A stretch of 64,000 nucleotides of DNA from a virus. Taxonomy: Duplodnaviria > Caudoviricetes. The notes under the pieces are model-generated. The model saw nothing but the letters and a program-made list of their open reading frames with translations. It had not been told where the DNA came from and searched no databases. Within the stretch, counting starts at the first letter, position 1; each line of letters starts with the position of its first letter. The position numbers and the translations under genes are program-made. Positions 37,867 through 48,378 of the stretch are shown piece after piece. The DNA lies in IMG/VR virus record IMGVR_UViG_3300029305_002190, positions 32,001-96,000 of that record; one strand, given 5' to 3'.

Positions 37867-38175
37867 TTCAGATTCAGTTTCTTCTGGAACTTCGATTTCA
37901 CCATTCTCATTCATCTTACGAGCAAGTCCAGTTTCTACAAACTTTTTAATATCCTTAATAAGTCTCTTATGATCATTGTTAGACTTGCTGCCAGGGGATC
38001 TTTCAAATGCGGTGATCTTGTCTAGAACAGTCTGACAGCTTACTCTAAAGCCTAAAATCATAGACTGTCTTCGAATCTTAGAAAGCTGTTCCTCAATTGC
38101 TCCCTTTAGAGCATCGTCGTCTAGAACGGGCTTATCATTTTCCTGATCTTCAATGGTCTTCATTTCATCTTCCAT
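37852..38175 (-). CDS. Hypothetical protein
   Basis: RBS AAGGAAGG. First gene after the promoter at 38208-38236. Confidence 0.65.
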   Translation of the reverse strand: MEDEMKTIEDQENDKPVLDDDALKGAIEEQLSKIRRQSMILGFRVSCQTVLDKITAFERSPGSKSNNDHKRLIKDIKKFVETGLARKMNENGEIEVPEETESETVQN

Positions 38176-38207
38176 TGTAATACCTTCCTTTCATTGTAGT
38201 CGGATAT

Positions 38208-38236
38208 ATTATATCACATTAATTTTGTATTGTCAA
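38208..38236 (-). promoter_or_regulatory. Consensus sigma-A promoter containing the 16-bp element (38218-38233)
   Basis: TTGACA-atacaaaattaatgtga-TATAAT, 17-bp spacer. Confidence 0.9.
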
Positions 38237-38259
38237 GAGGGTGGTAATTCCCTCTTGAC
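38232..38259 (-). terminator. Hairpin after dnaE that overlaps the next -35 box
   Basis: GTCAAGAGGG...CCCTCTTGAC, 10-bp stem. Confidence 0.6.
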
Positions 38260-38266
38260 TTAACAA

Positions 38267-41200
38267 TTAATAGTTATAAATATTAGCTTTTGCTTTAAGC
38301 TTTTTGATCTTGTTAAGCCAAACCTGATACGGCTTAATCTTCTCAACAAATAAATGTTCTTCTTCTTTTTTACCAAGAATGCAAATACAACTACCCTTTG
38401 TGATAAGCTCAGCATATTCTTTAAGCTGTTTACTCCAAATAGTTGCTTCTAGAATGCGGTCATTAATACACAAATCTAAATATGCAAACTGATTATTATT
38501 TCTATCCTTTTTACGTTTGATATCTACAATAACACATGGCACAACTGCTTTGTTGCCACTTGGAACATCATCCCACTCGGTGCCAATAAGATCATAGGCT
38601 TCTTTCAAAGGATTAAATGTGATAAACATAGATAGACTCTGGAATTCCCACAAGAATTCATCTTCCGCATATTTACATTTAAACTCTGCCATAAAAGCTT
38701 TAAACTTTTGCTTTTGATCTGCATCAAATATTTCTTTGCGCTTTTGATTATAAATATTAAGCACTCTTTCTTTATCGACCTTTTTGCCAATCATATAATC
38801 GGAAGTGTCAATATCCCAATCAAGTAGAAGCCTGGCTTTAGTGGGCAAAGAAGAAACTGGTTTATATTCTTTTTCAGGATACAAACTCTTTGCATATTTC
38901 TGCATAAGTTTCATTCTATCTTTGGTTGGAAACGCATTTGCTTTAATGAGAGCAATAGTTGCAGTTTTATCTTGAACTTTATCAACATAATCATCAAAGC
39001 TTTTATATGGCTGATTTTCAATAATCTTAGAGATAACTGAATCTCCAATGCCTTTAACTGCGCCAAATCCAAATAGAATCTCACGCTTAGCGGCATTGCC
39101 CGTAAATGACTGCTTTGATTCATTGATCTTCGGAGGAAGCACTTGGATACCCATTCGATTACAATCATTAATAATTGCGCTCAGCTTTTCAGTACGGTCT
39201 GATTTTGCAGTCAATAGTGCAGTCATAAACTGAACAGGATAATAAACTTTTAACCAAGCTGTCAAATAAGATAACAAACTGTATGCAACTGCATGCCCAC
39301 GGTTAAAAGAATATTCTGCCTGCTTAGCAAGCAATGCCCATACATCTTGAATCTGCTTTTCTGACCATTGCTTTGCAACTAATCCATTTTTAAATTCTTC
39401 GTACAAAGAAGCCATGACATCTTTTTTCTTCTTACCAATTGCTCTTCTTGCAACATCTTGTTTTTCCTCGGGAAAACCTGCATATGCAAATAAATGAAGT
39501 GCATCTTCTTGGTACAAAAGAATACTATGAGTAGTTTTAAATAAAGTATCAAGGTCTTTATGGATGCTTTCTATACTTTCTGGATGTAGCTTATTCTTGC
39601 AGTAGTCAGGAAAACTATTTTTAGTGCCAGGACGATTACTTGCATTCACTGCAATAACATCTTCAATATTGTCAACATGCGCAGCAATACTCATCGCTCT
39701 AGCTTCGGCAGATTCAAACTGGAAAATTCCAATTGTATTGCCAGAATTGTATACTTCATCAAAGACTTTTTTGTCATCAATGTTTAGATGGTTGATGTTA
39801 ACATTATCCCATGTCAAGCCTGCATTTTTTAAAGCATCATCAATAATGTCAAGATTTTCAAGACCAAGATAGTCCATTTTACAATAACCCAGCTTGTCCA
39901 TAGCGGCATGCATTTCAAGCTGAGCCATAACATTTTTGTCGTTATCAAGACATAATGGCATATGCTCAATAACTGGATGTGGCGTAATCAATGTTGCACT
40001 TGCATGTCTACCCCTACTCTTAGGAAGTCCTTCAAGATCCATAACATACTTAAACCACATAGGGAATTGTTTGTGAATTGTGTCAAGCTTTTCATTTTTA
40101 CCAACGAGTTCTCGTAGCAAGACATCTTTTTCTTCGGCTTCACCAAGGTCGCTTAATGTTTTTACAGTAGGAATCATTTTTGCAACTTCATCACGTACTG
40201 AATATGGAATCTGACCAAAATATGGGCTACTTTCTTTTTCATTAAGAACCTTACCAATATCTTTGATTGCAACCTTTGTAGACAATGTATTAAATGTAGC
40301 AATTGGTGCCACGTTTTCTTTGCCAAATAACTCTTCTGTAATTTCAATAATTTCTTTACGTCTACGCTTAGAAATATCCCAGTCGAAGTCTGCTAGACTA
40401 CCAATACGACCCATATTAGCAAAACGAGAAAAATCAAGCGTCCATCTTACACTGTCAACCTGAGTGACATTTAGCATAAATAGACACAAGCAGTTTGCGC
40501 CAGAACCTCTAGAATACCCTCTAGGAAGTCCACGCTTATCTGCTTCTTTTGCAATCATATAAAGCATAATAAAATAGTCTGTGTAATCTAGAGCGTTAAT
40601 AACAGGAAGCTCTCTTTCAAGTCTCTCTCGTCTAATTTCTTGCTCCTCTTTACTCATCCATCCAAACTTTTCATTAAACGTTTGGAAAACAAGATAGTGC
40701 AAATAGTCTGCATGAGATGAATATTCTGCAGGAACATCAACTACAGGAGTAATACTACCATGTCCTAGACCATAATCAATACCATCATCAATCATATTTG
40801 TGATTTTAATTGTTTCGTCAATTCCCGCCTGAATTACTCTGTCTAGATTCCAGTTGCCTAAATATTTGTAGACATCTTTTTCATTTTGCAAATGACATCC
40901 TGAATAAATCTCACCGGCTTCACGACCTTCACCGATTTCAACAAAAATGGAATGAGAATCAAGCTGATCGGCGCTTAACATATGTGCATCAGTAGTAATG
41001 ACATAAGGCATTTTCATATATCTTGCAAAATTAAAAATTAAAGTATTGCATGCCAACTGCTGTTCTGTGGGGTGAGATTGAATTTCAAGAGATACATAAT
41101 CGAAAGTATCTTTAAGAAGCTTAACATATTCTTCTGCTTCTTTATATCTTTCTGCTTCAAGATATCTACTAACACGACCTGCTTGACATGCGGTAAGGCA

Positions 41201-41608
41201 AATAATGCCATCACCAAGATTATTATCTTTTATCCAAGGAATTGAAATTCTTGGCTTGCCATAAAAACCAGTCGTCGATGCTTCACTTACAATTTTAAAT
41301 AGATTTTTTAGACCTTGCTGTGTTTTGACAATAAGAAGCAAGTGATATCTTGGCTGTTTATATTCTTTAGTATCTTGCTTTTCAAGGTAGTTATCTACCT
41401 CATAAATTTCACAAGCAACAATGGGCTTAATGCCATGTTTATTACACAGCTCTACTTGGTCCACAAAACCATGCATTGTTCCATGGTCAGACAGTGCAAT
41501 AGCTGGTTGTTTATTATCTACAGCATACTTGACCATTTGGTCAATAGTTAAAATTGAATCTAGTAATGAACCTTGTGCTGAGTGAACATGAAGATTCACA
41601 AAACTCAA
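38267..41608 (-). CDS. dnaE: DNA polymerase III alpha subunit (family C)
   Basis: PHP LHVHS..SLLD, SDHG, RGSGA, DFDWD, YSFNRGHAVAY, C-terminal OB fold. Confidence 0.96.
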   Translation of the reverse strand: MSFVNLHVHSAQGSLLDSILTIDQMVKYAVDNKQPAIALSDHGTMHGFVDQVELCNKHGIKPIVACEIYEVDNYLEKQDTKEYKQPRYHLLLIVKTQQGLKNLFKIVSEASTTGFYGKPRISIPWIKDNNLGDGIICLTACQAGRVSRYLEAERYKEAEEYVKLLKDTFDYVSLEIQSHPTEQQLACNTLIFNFARYMKMPYVITTDAHMLSADQLDSHSIFVEIGEGREAGEIYSGCHLQNEKDVYKYLGNWNLDRVIQAGIDETIKITNMIDDGIDYGLGHGSITPVVDVPAEYSSHADYLHYLVFQTFNEKFGWMSKEEQEIRRERLERELPVINALDYTDYFIMLYMIAKEADKRGLPRGYSRGSGANCLCLFMLNVTQVDSVRWTLDFSRFANMGRIGSLADFDWDISKRRRKEIIEITEELFGKENVAPIATFNTLSTKVAIKDIGKVLNEKESSPYFGQIPYSVRDEVAKMIPTVKTLSDLGEAEEKDVLLRELVGKNEKLDTIHKQFPMWFKYVMDLEGLPKSRGRHASATLITPHPVIEHMPLCLDNDKNVMAQLEMHAAMDKLGYCKMDYLGLENLDIIDDALKNAGLTWDNVNINHLNIDDKKVFDEVYNSGNTIGIFQFESAEARAMSIAAHVDNIEDVIAVNASNRPGTKNSFPDYCKNKLHPESIESIHKDLDTLFKTTHSILLYQEDALHLFAYAGFPEEKQDVARRAIGKKKKDVMASLYEEFKNGLVAKQWSEKQIQDVWALLAKQAEYSFNRGHAVAYSLLSYLTAWLKVYYPVQFMTALLTAKSDRTEKLSAIINDCNRMGIQVLPPKINESKQSFTGNAAKREILFGFGAVKGIGDSVISKIIENQPYKSFDDYVDKVQDKTATIALIKANAFPTKDRMKLMQKYAKSLYPEKEYKPVSSLPTKARLLLDWDIDTSDYMIGKKVDKERVLNIYNQKRKEIFDADQKQKFKAFMAEFKCKYAEDEFLWEFQSLSMFITFNPLKEAYDLIGTEWDDVPSGNKAVVPCVIVDIKRKKDRNNNQFAYLDLCINDRILEATIWSKQLKEYAELITKGSCICILGKKEEEHLFVEKIKPYQVWLNKIKKLKAKANIYNY

Positions 41609-41626
41609 TTTATATCACTCCCTCTC

Positions 41627-41642
41627 ATTAATTTTGTGCTTT
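41627..41642 (-). promoter_or_regulatory. 16-bp repeated element copy (AAAGCACAAAATTAAT)
   Basis: Encodes the KAQN* end of the HNH gene and precedes the dnaE RBS. Confidence 0.6.
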
Positions 41643-42281
41643 TCCGAACAATGCATCTTGTACATTCCATCCTCTTGAAATACGTGTTTGCAATGTACGT
41701 GGATTCAATCCAATCTCTTCCGCCCACTGCGCCATTGTTTGTGTTTTATTGTTATATGTAAGCAAATGATTAGTTCGCTGATTATTATTTTGTTCTTTTC
41801 TTGTGCTCCATTTACAATTTTCAGGACAGTAATTTTTATTATTATCAATCCTATCTATTGTCAAATTGTCACTATAACCATTACTTGTTGCCCAGTTATA
41901 AAAAGAAATAAAATCATCTTTCCATTCTTCGCATATAGCAATTCCTCTTCCGCCATAGTCTTTATATTGGTTGTGATTAATGTTATAGCATCTTTCTTTC
42001 ATGCTTTTCCATATATTATGAAGGCGAGATCCAGACATTTTATGAGTACTTATTCTCTTACTTGTTTCTTCTGCTGACAAACACCCACAAGACTTACTAT
42101 TTCCGCTTACAAGACTATGCCGTGCTATAATTTTTCTTGTATGATTATCACAGGAGCATTCGCATAACCAAAAACTATTTTTCCCGTCTAAAGATTTAGA
42201 CCGCTCTATAACTTTCCATTTGCTATCAGGAACACCATGTTCACTCATAACCCATCCGGTCATATCAATTATTTTTCCCAT
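41628..42281 (-). CDS. Free-standing HNH-type homing endonuclease
   Basis: CGC, W.SMKERC, YGGRGI, TIDRIDNN.NY.PENC.W. Confidence 0.88.
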   Translation of the reverse strand: MGKIIDMTGWVMSEHGVPDSKWKVIERSKSLDGKNSFWLCECSCDNHTRKIIARHSLVSGNSKSCGCLSAEETSKRISTHKMSGSRLHNIWKSMKERCYNINHNQYKDYGGRGIAICEEWKDDFISFYNWATSNGYSDNLTIDRIDNNKNYCPENCKWSTRKEQNNNQRTNHLLTYNNKTQTMAQWAEEIGLNPRTLQTRISRGWNVQDALFGKAQN

Positions 42282-42298
42282 ACTCTCACCTCACTTAT

Positions 42299-42314
42299 AT
42301 TAATTTTGTATTGT
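42299..42314 (-). promoter_or_regulatory. 16-bp repeated element copy (ACAATACAAAATTAAT)
   Basis: Exact consensus between the helicase stop and the HNH RBS. Confidence 0.85.
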
Positions 42315-43454
42315 TTATTTAACAATTACTAATTGTTTTGAAGCTCTCGTGATTCCGGTATATAACCACTTCTGATGCTGTTCATAATCTCCTAGCCACT
42401 CTTCAAATAAAATCACACGATTAAACTCAGAACCTTGGCTCTTATGACAAGTGATCGCATATGCATATGCAAATTCAAGCAATTTTGGCGCACCGGCATA
42501 TTGTTTCCAATTATCTTTATTTACAGTGGATTTTCCCTCAACCATTAACTTATAGTCAATTAATAAATCTTCATAAACTCCACCATCATCAGATATAAAA
42601 TCTGCAACAATAACTTTCTCATAAGGGGGCATTTCAATTATGTGAATGTTTGTTAACTGCCCAATTTGCCCATTAATTAATGGATCTCCATTTGATGCGG
42701 TTTCGTTCCAGTTATTTTTAAGACAAATACACTTTTCTCCTTCTAGGGGATCTTTAGAATATTTTTCTCCCCATTTTAATTGACGCATATACTCATTAAT
42801 CTTATGTCTGGTAATATTTTTACCAACAATAATTTGATCTGCACCAAGCAACAACGCATCTGTAACTTTGTCATTCTGCATTACTCTGCATCGCTTGTCA
42901 CCGCCATATTCAAGCCGTTTTCCTTCTCGCACATCCATAGATAATTGAATAATAGGATTATCAAGTGCTTGCCTCGTAACCTCTGTTAAAAATACATTTG
43001 GATTATTGAGAATAGTCTGCTTGCCTTCAATTGGAGGGAGCTGTGCATTATCACCAAGAAATAATACATGAACACTGTGTGACAACAATAGGTCTATCAT
43101 CTCCTGTGGCAGCATTGACGCCTCATCACAAACAATTAGATCATAATTTCTGTCCAGCTTCTTTTTTGGCGTATGAATAAATGTTCCGTCTGGAAGCTCT
43201 TCTGATTTATATAATAGCCTATGGGCGGTCATAGCATTAGTACATCCTTTGTTACGTAGAACTAATGCAGCCTTTCCTGTGTATGCAATGTATACAACTT
43301 TAGAGTCATGTAGCTTGAGTTCATCCACAATAAATCTAACAAGTGTCGTTTTACCAGTTCCAGCGTACCCGACAATAGTTGTGTACGGCTTTCCTTTTTT
43401 ATATCTTTCAACCGCTATCTTTAATCCTTTTTCTTGTCCATTAGTTAAAACCAT
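42315..43454 (-). CDS. SF1B Dda/RecD-like helicase
   Basis: GYAGTGKTT, AYTGKAA, DEASM, GDNAQLPP, AITCHKSQGSEF, YTGITRA. Confidence 0.92.
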   Translation of the reverse strand: MVLTNGQEKGLKIAVERYKKGKPYTTIVGYAGTGKTTLVRFIVDELKLHDSKVVYIAYTGKAALVLRNKGCTNAMTAHRLLYKSEELPDGTFIHTPKKKLDRNYDLIVCDEASMLPQEMIDLLLSHSVHVLFLGDNAQLPPIEGKQTILNNPNVFLTEVTRQALDNPIIQLSMDVREGKRLEYGGDKRCRVMQNDKVTDALLLGADQIIVGKNITRHKINEYMRQLKWGEKYSKDPLEGEKCICLKNNWNETASNGDPLINGQIGQLTNIHIIEMPPYEKVIVADFISDDGGVYEDLLIDYKLMVEGKSTVNKDNWKQYAGAPKLLEFAYAYAITCHKSQGSEFNRVILFEEWLGDYEQHQKWLYTGITRASKQLVIVK

Positions 43455-43458
43455 TAAT

Positions 43459-43944
43459 TCACTTCCTTAACTTGCCACCCTGCATTGTTACCTTCGTCTG
43501 CTTAAATTCCTTCATCAAATCCTCAAACGGTCTATTTACCTCACAAGTCTTATTCGTAATAGTCAAATCACTTCTTTGTCGAGGATTATAAGTTCTACGA
43601 TTCTGTGCTTCATAAACCTTTGCAGAGCTTCCCTGAATAGACTGAATCTTACTCTTGAAAGACTGTCCTGGCTGACTCTTAATATAGTCATACATGTCTT
43701 TGAGCAAATCATTCTCATCCTTGGCCTGTCTTCTCTGCATACGCAAATCCTTCACTTGTTTATACAGTTTATATCCGCCATAAAGATCCTGAGGTTTACC
43801 AAGCTCAATTTCGTGATAAACGTCATTCAGCTCATCTTCAGTCTTCTTGATAATTTCTACGTTGCTTTCGTACTTTTTTACCACGTCAGTTGCAATCTGA
43901 ATAAGAGTGCTACAGTAATTGTTGACAATATTGTTACTTGCCAT
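43459..43944 (-). CDS. Hypothetical coiled-coil protein
   Basis: RBS GAAAGGA before ATG 43944. H.IE...GY.LY...RR..K.E pattern. Confidence 0.65.
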   Translation of the reverse strand: MASNNIVNNYCSTLIQIATDVVKKYESNVEIIKKTEDELNDVYHEIELGKPQDLYGGYKLYKQVKDLRMQRRQAKDENDLLKDMYDYIKSQPGQSFKSKIQSIQGSSAKVYEAQNRRTYNPRQRSDLTITNKTCEVNRPFEDLMKEFKQTKVTMQGGKLRK

Positions 43945-43960
43945 ATTGGTTATTCCTTTC

Positions 43961-44005
43961 ATTAATTTTGTACTGTTATTATAGCAGAAATTTCTAGTTT
44001 GTCAA
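43961..44005 (-). promoter_or_regulatory. Sigma-A promoter with the 16-bp element (43961-43976) over the expected +1
   Basis: TTGACA-16 bp-TATAAT, then ACAGTACAAAATTAAT. Confidence 0.8.
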
Positions 44006-44014
44006 GTGCAAATT

Positions 44015-44043
44015 AAGGGCACATAGATAGCCCATGTGCCCTT
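44015..44043 (-). terminator. Terminator hairpin
   Basis: AAGGGCACAT...ATGTGCCCTT. Confidence 0.7.
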
Positions 44044-44048
44044 TTCAA

Positions 44049-44372
44049 TTAATTTTTATTATTAATAATTGTTGCTAAATGTTTTAGTAAATTCTTGTTT
44101 GAAGTAGTACTAAATGTTAGCTTATTATTAACATAAATATGCCATACATTATCATAAGTCATTTTGATATGTATATTATGTTTGACAGACGGTTTCACTG
44201 GTGACATAGGAATATTTGTGTGCCCAAGTGGTTTTAAACCTCTACCATCAAGAATATCTCGATTAGCTACTGATGCAGGATGCTTGTAATTTGGATTAGG
44301 CTGTCTTTTACTTGCAGTAGGACGCCTTGATGCGTTAATTAAGTTTAATACTATTGGCGCCATATTTATCAT
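44049..44372 (-). CDS. Hypothetical protein
   Basis: ORF coupled to the ligase stop codon. Confidence 0.45.
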   Translation of the reverse strand: MINMAPIVLNLINASRRPTASKRQPNPNYKHPASVANRDILDGRGLKPLGHTNIPMSPVKPSVKHNIHIKMTYDNVWHIYVNNKLTFSTTSNKNLLKHLATIINNKN

Positions 44373-46324
44373 ATATGTTCTCCAAGCATCTTCATTAATT
44401 CTTCTTCATTTGCAACTCTAACACCAAGCTGTTGTGCCTTTGTAAGCTTGCTGCCAGCCTTCTCTCCTGCGAAAAGAATGTCCAGATTCTTGCTCACGGA
44501 GCTGATAAACTTGGCTCCACGGCTCTCTAACTGCTTCTTGAGGCCATCTCTAGGCTGACTGAAACTGCCAGTTATGCAAAACTTTAATCCTTCAAGAGAA
44601 TTATCATTATGCTCCTCTGGAAGTATAAAATTCATTTCATCGGCCAATTCATTAATTTCTTCAAAATGATTACACAAATACTTATTGATACTTTCTGCCA
44701 TAACATCTCCAAAGTCTTCAAGAGCTGTCCAATCAAAACGCCAGTAAAAATATGTATTCATTAATTCTTTATAGCTGCCACTGAAGTGTTTTGATATAGT
44801 TTTAGACGCTGATAGTCCAATGTTTGGAATGCCTAGTGCAGCAATAAAATTCTCAAGCTTCACATTCCTCGAATCTTCAATAGATTTTAGCAGATTTTCC
44901 ACTGATTTTTTGCCAAATCCATCTAGACGAATAAGTTGCTGTTTATGGTCAGCAAGATGGTAAATGTCTTTGAAGTTGTGGATAAATCCATGTGAGATCA
45001 AATCTTGAAGTGTTGCCTCAGATAAATTTTTAATATCCATACCTTTCTTAGAAACAAAGTGAGTAAACTGCGCAAGCTTCTTGCCCGCACACTCAGAATT
45101 TGTACAGATTAGCACCTCAGATTCATTATCTCTTTTAATAGCAGTTGCTCCTCCACAAATCGGGCAAGTCATAGGGATTTCAATATCACCACTGCCATCA
45201 TTTTCACAAGAGTCAATCTGTGGGATAATTTGATTGGCCTTAAATACATTTACAGTACAACCATTAGTCAGTCCAAGATTTTTAATAATACTGATATTAT
45301 GTAGTGATGCACGTGACACATCGGCTCCATCAATTTCTACAGTATCAAATACTGCTGTTGGTGTTAGCTGAGAAGACTTACCAATTGTCCAATCAATATA
45401 TTGTAATCTTGTAGGATATAACTCATCATAAAACTTAAAAGCAAGTTGGCTACGCAGATGGTGTCCTGTTGCACCAAGTGATTTACCATAAGCTACATCG
45501 TCATATCCAAACACACATCCGTCAATAGGATATCCTTCTTCTTTAGACCAAATCTTAATTTGTTCAATCGCAATTTGAATCTGCTCTTTATTTTGAAAAA
45601 TCGTCGGCAGTGGAATTAGTGGAGTAGTGCTAAACCCAAGTCCACTTGCAAACATCAACCTACGTATAAAAGAATTATTACTACAACCTTTAATAACTTT
45701 CCACGCAATGAACTTCATGTTTCTTTGTGCGGCAATATTGCTATCAAGCTGTCTAATAGATCCTGACGCAAGGTTTCGTGGATGTTTGTATTTTTGATCG
45801 TCTGGTAATGTGGAATTGATTTTTTCAAAGTCATCATATGTAATAATCACTTCGCCATCAATAATGATTTCTTCTGTGCAATTAATTTTAAGAGGAATAT
45901 TTTTAATAGTTTTTGCACAGTGCAAAATATCCTCTCCGACCTCACCATTGCCTCTCGTTTCAGCAGAAACAAGCTCTCCATTCAAATATCGTAGCGAACA
46001 TGTCAGCCCATCCATCTTGGCCATAATTGCGCCATCTTTTCCATCAAGGAATGAAAGTACATCATCTACGCTTTTGGTTTTATCAAGTGACAACATAGGA
46101 TGATTATGTTTCACTTTTTTCAGTTCTGACTTAACCTCATAACCAACTGTTTGTGTTGGTGACACTGCCATAATAAAACCAGTTTCTGATTCTAGACTAA
46201 CAAGTTCGTCAAATAACTGGTCATATTCAAAATCTGAGATTTCACTGCGAGAGTTGTTATAATATTCATTTCGATAATGATTTAGCAGCTCTACGAGTTC
46301 TTTAATTCTATCAATTTTATTCAC
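44369..46324 (-). CDS. ligA: NAD+-dependent DNA ligase
   Basis: EYDQL, HPMLSL, KMDG, TRGNG.VGEDI, HPRNLASG, zinc finger, HhH, BRCT. Confidence 0.97.
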   Translation of the reverse strand: MNKIDRIKELVELLNHYRNEYYNNSRSEISDFEYDQLFDELVSLESETGFIMAVSPTQTVGYEVKSELKKVKHNHPMLSLDKTKSVDDVLSFLDGKDGAIMAKMDGLTCSLRYLNGELVSAETRGNGEVGEDILHCAKTIKNIPLKINCTEEIIIDGEVIITYDDFEKINSTLPDDQKYKHPRNLASGSIRQLDSNIAAQRNMKFIAWKVIKGCSNNSFIRRLMFASGLGFSTTPLIPLPTIFQNKEQIQIAIEQIKIWSKEEGYPIDGCVFGYDDVAYGKSLGATGHHLRSQLAFKFYDELYPTRLQYIDWTIGKSSQLTPTAVFDTVEIDGADVSRASLHNISIIKNLGLTNGCTVNVFKANQIIPQIDSCENDGSGDIEIPMTCPICGGATAIKRDNESEVLICTNSECAGKKLAQFTHFVSKKGMDIKNLSEATLQDLISHGFIHNFKDIYHLADHKQQLIRLDGFGKKSVENLLKSIEDSRNVKLENFIAALGIPNIGLSASKTISKHFSGSYKELMNTYFYWRFDWTALEDFGDVMAESINKYLCNHFEEINELADEMNFILPEEHNDNSLEGLKFCITGSFSQPRDGLKKQLESRGAKFISSVSKNLDILFAGEKAGSKLTKAQQLGVRVANEEELMKMLGEHI

Positions 46325-46325
46325 T

Positions 46326-46688
46326 TTATCCCCTTCTACATCTTACACTTCCACTGCAATCAATATCACCTGAGACATTACCACAAGTCACAGATCCACT
46401 TGCGTCAATGTCACCATTAACATTACCATCTACTTTACAGCTGCCGCTACAATCAATGGAACCACAATTGCCATGCACTTCAACAGAGCCAGCGCAATCA
46501 AGCTTATTTACGTCACCATATACAACAACCTTGATATCATATCCAATGTTGGACTGAATTACCTTGCCATCAACGATGACTTTGCCGTTTTGTACAGTAA
46601 TGTTATTACCAACACAGTCAATGGATTTTCCATTAATAACAATTCGACTAAAGCTATTATTTTTGTTAAAACCAAACATATTTATCAC
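46326..46688 (-). CDS. Small beta-helix repeat protein (bactofilin/DUF4097-like)
   Basis: G.V.G.I..SGSV repeats. Confidence 0.55.
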   Translation of the reverse strand: MINMFGFNKNNSFSRIVINGKSIDCVGNNITVQNGKVIVDGKVIQSNIGYDIKVVVYGDVNKLDCAGSVEVHGNCGSIDCSGSCKVDGNVNGDIDASGSVTCGNVSGDIDCSGSVRCRRG

Positions 46689-47098
46689 CCCAACAGGTCA
46701 GCAATTGCATCAATTTCTAGCTCTGTCTTCTTATCGTCAGATAGTAGCTTGTCCAACTTCTTTTCCATTACAGTTAGCTGAGACTTCTTTGCGGTATATT
46801 CAATAACTGTCTTCTTAGAATGTAGGTCTTCCATCCAATCAGCAACAGAAAAACCATCAAAAGCAACATCTTCTAGGTTAATGCCAAGGTTCTCTGCAGA
46901 CATGGCGTAGATATTAAAATAAACTAACATTGCATTAATATCCTTAACAGATGTTAGAGTGTGAATATTCACTCTATTGCCGTTATAAGTAAACATACAT
47001 GTGGTTACAGGAGTGAATCTAGGCTGCTTACCTAGCTCCTTCTTCTTGTCTTCAATCTGTTTCTTGAGAGTTAAAATTCTATCATCATTCTTGCTCAT
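46685..47098 (-). CDS. Hypothetical protein
   Basis: ORF within the operon; coiled-coil ends. Confidence 0.65.
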   Translation of the reverse strand: MSKNDDRILTLKKQIEDKKKELGKQPRFTPVTTCMFTYNGNRVNIHTLTSVKDINAMLVYFNIYAMSAENLGINLEDVAFDGFSVADWMEDLHSKKTVIEYTAKKSQLTVMEKKLDKLLSDDKKTELEIDAIADLLG

Positions 47099-47100
47099 AA

Positions 47101-48378
47101 TTAATACCCCTTTGTATATTCTTTTCCATTAGTTAAATAAGTTTGCTTGTACATTGGTTTCATTTTATTATATATTTCCTGCCATGTTGCTGGAATCATG
47201 TGATGTTCTGTGTACTTTTTATATGGCCAACGATATTCAGTTTTTTCTTCACTTATTACAGGAAAAATATCTAGAACTTCTTTTTCTGCATAATTATTAT
47301 CTACTTTGCATTTATATAACACATATTCATTAACATTACTATTTTTAGGAACAATTTTAAAACGTTCAATTTTGCCATTTATATTTGAATAAAAATAAAC
47401 TGTTGCATATGGCCAATAATAATTTGGAGTATATGCTCTTTTAGAGAAGTCTTCAAGTAACTCTTCGTGGTATGTTACTTTATCGTTATCTGGCATAGAA
47501 TAGCTTGGCTTGCGCTCCAATGAATCAAAATATGTTGCATAATTTGCATTACAATTTTCATCAATTACATTAATTAAAAATTTACTAATTGAAGCTTTCC
47601 ATTCAAATGTAGAACGCTCTGCACCATTACTGTCTGTCCATGAGTAATAGAAACAATGCTGTTTACCAACAGGGCCATAATCCCACTTATCTGCTTCATA
47701 ACAGCTTGTAGTCCAATAACCATTATATGTTTTTGTTGGCGGAATATTGTTTTCTTCACAATATTTAATCATCTTTTTGCGAGTTGTAAAGAACAAACCA
47801 TTTTTCCAATAACCTTGTTCATATTTATCAAACTTTCCCATATATACGTATTTACCGTCGTTTTTACTTAAATATGTTGCGCCAACTTTTAAGTCTTTTG
47901 CTTTAATAAATTCGTTATTGTGGAAAATCTTATTCTTTCTTTCAATTTCTTTATAGTCTGCAGAGTCTACAGGAACTAGCAATAGTTCCTTTCCATCCCA
48001 ACCATAAACAAACTCACCTTCAAGACCCTTGCCCTTAATACAATTGGCGTTTTCTAGAATCCATAGCAGATTAGGAATTGTAATTTCAAATTCAAATCCT
48101 CTTGGATCATAGACTCTTGTGTATGTTTTTCTTGGATCCCAGCCCCAACATTCTTCCACACCGCCAACCTTTTTGTTTAAAACAAATCCTTCAGTTGGCT
48201 CATTGTCATAGATTTCATTGGGGATGTTCTCATCTCTCCAACTATTCCATGAAGTTTCTTTGCGAAGTTTTCCTTTTTCGTCAAAGTAAATTACATATGC
48301 GAGCTTGCCAGAATATGTATCTTTGCGATTTTGAAAACCAACATTGATTTGCTTTGGCACAAATATATTAGTGTTCAC
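47101..48378 (-). CDS. Hypothetical phage protein
   Basis: 425 aa. N-terminal KLAYVIY.DEKG.LRKE.SW..WRD...DPRGFEFEI. Confidence 0.7.
   Translation of the reverse strand: MNTNIFVPKQINVGFQNRKDTYSGKLAYVIYFDEKGKLRKETSWNSWRDENIPNEIYDNEPTEGFVLNKKVGGVEECWGWDPRKTYTRVYDPRGFEFEITIPNLLWILENANCIKGKGLEGEFVYGWDGKELLLVPVDSADYKEIERKNKIFHNNEFIKAKDLKVGATYLSKNDGKYVYMGKFDKYEQGYWKNGLFFTTRKKMIKYCEENNIPPTKTYNGYWTTSCYEADKWDYGPVGKQHCFYYSWTDSNGAERSTFEWKASISKFLINVIDENCNANYATYFDSLERKPSYSMPDNDKVTYHEELLEDFSKRAYTPNYYWPYATVYFYSNINGKIERFKIVPKNSNVNEYVLYKCKVDNNYAEKEVLDIFPVISEEKTEYRWPYKKYTEHHMIPATWQEIYNKMKPMYKQTYLTNGKEYTKGY

Noticed and set aside
33815-41608. Inteins or introns in nrdJ or dnaE
   Set aside because: Lengths and motif spacing look normal and I saw no intein splice motifs.
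41628-42281. HNH gene (and the LAGLIDADG gene at 55893-56681) as intron-encoded
   Set aside because: Flanking genes are complete and the intergenic gaps are too short for a ribozyme core.
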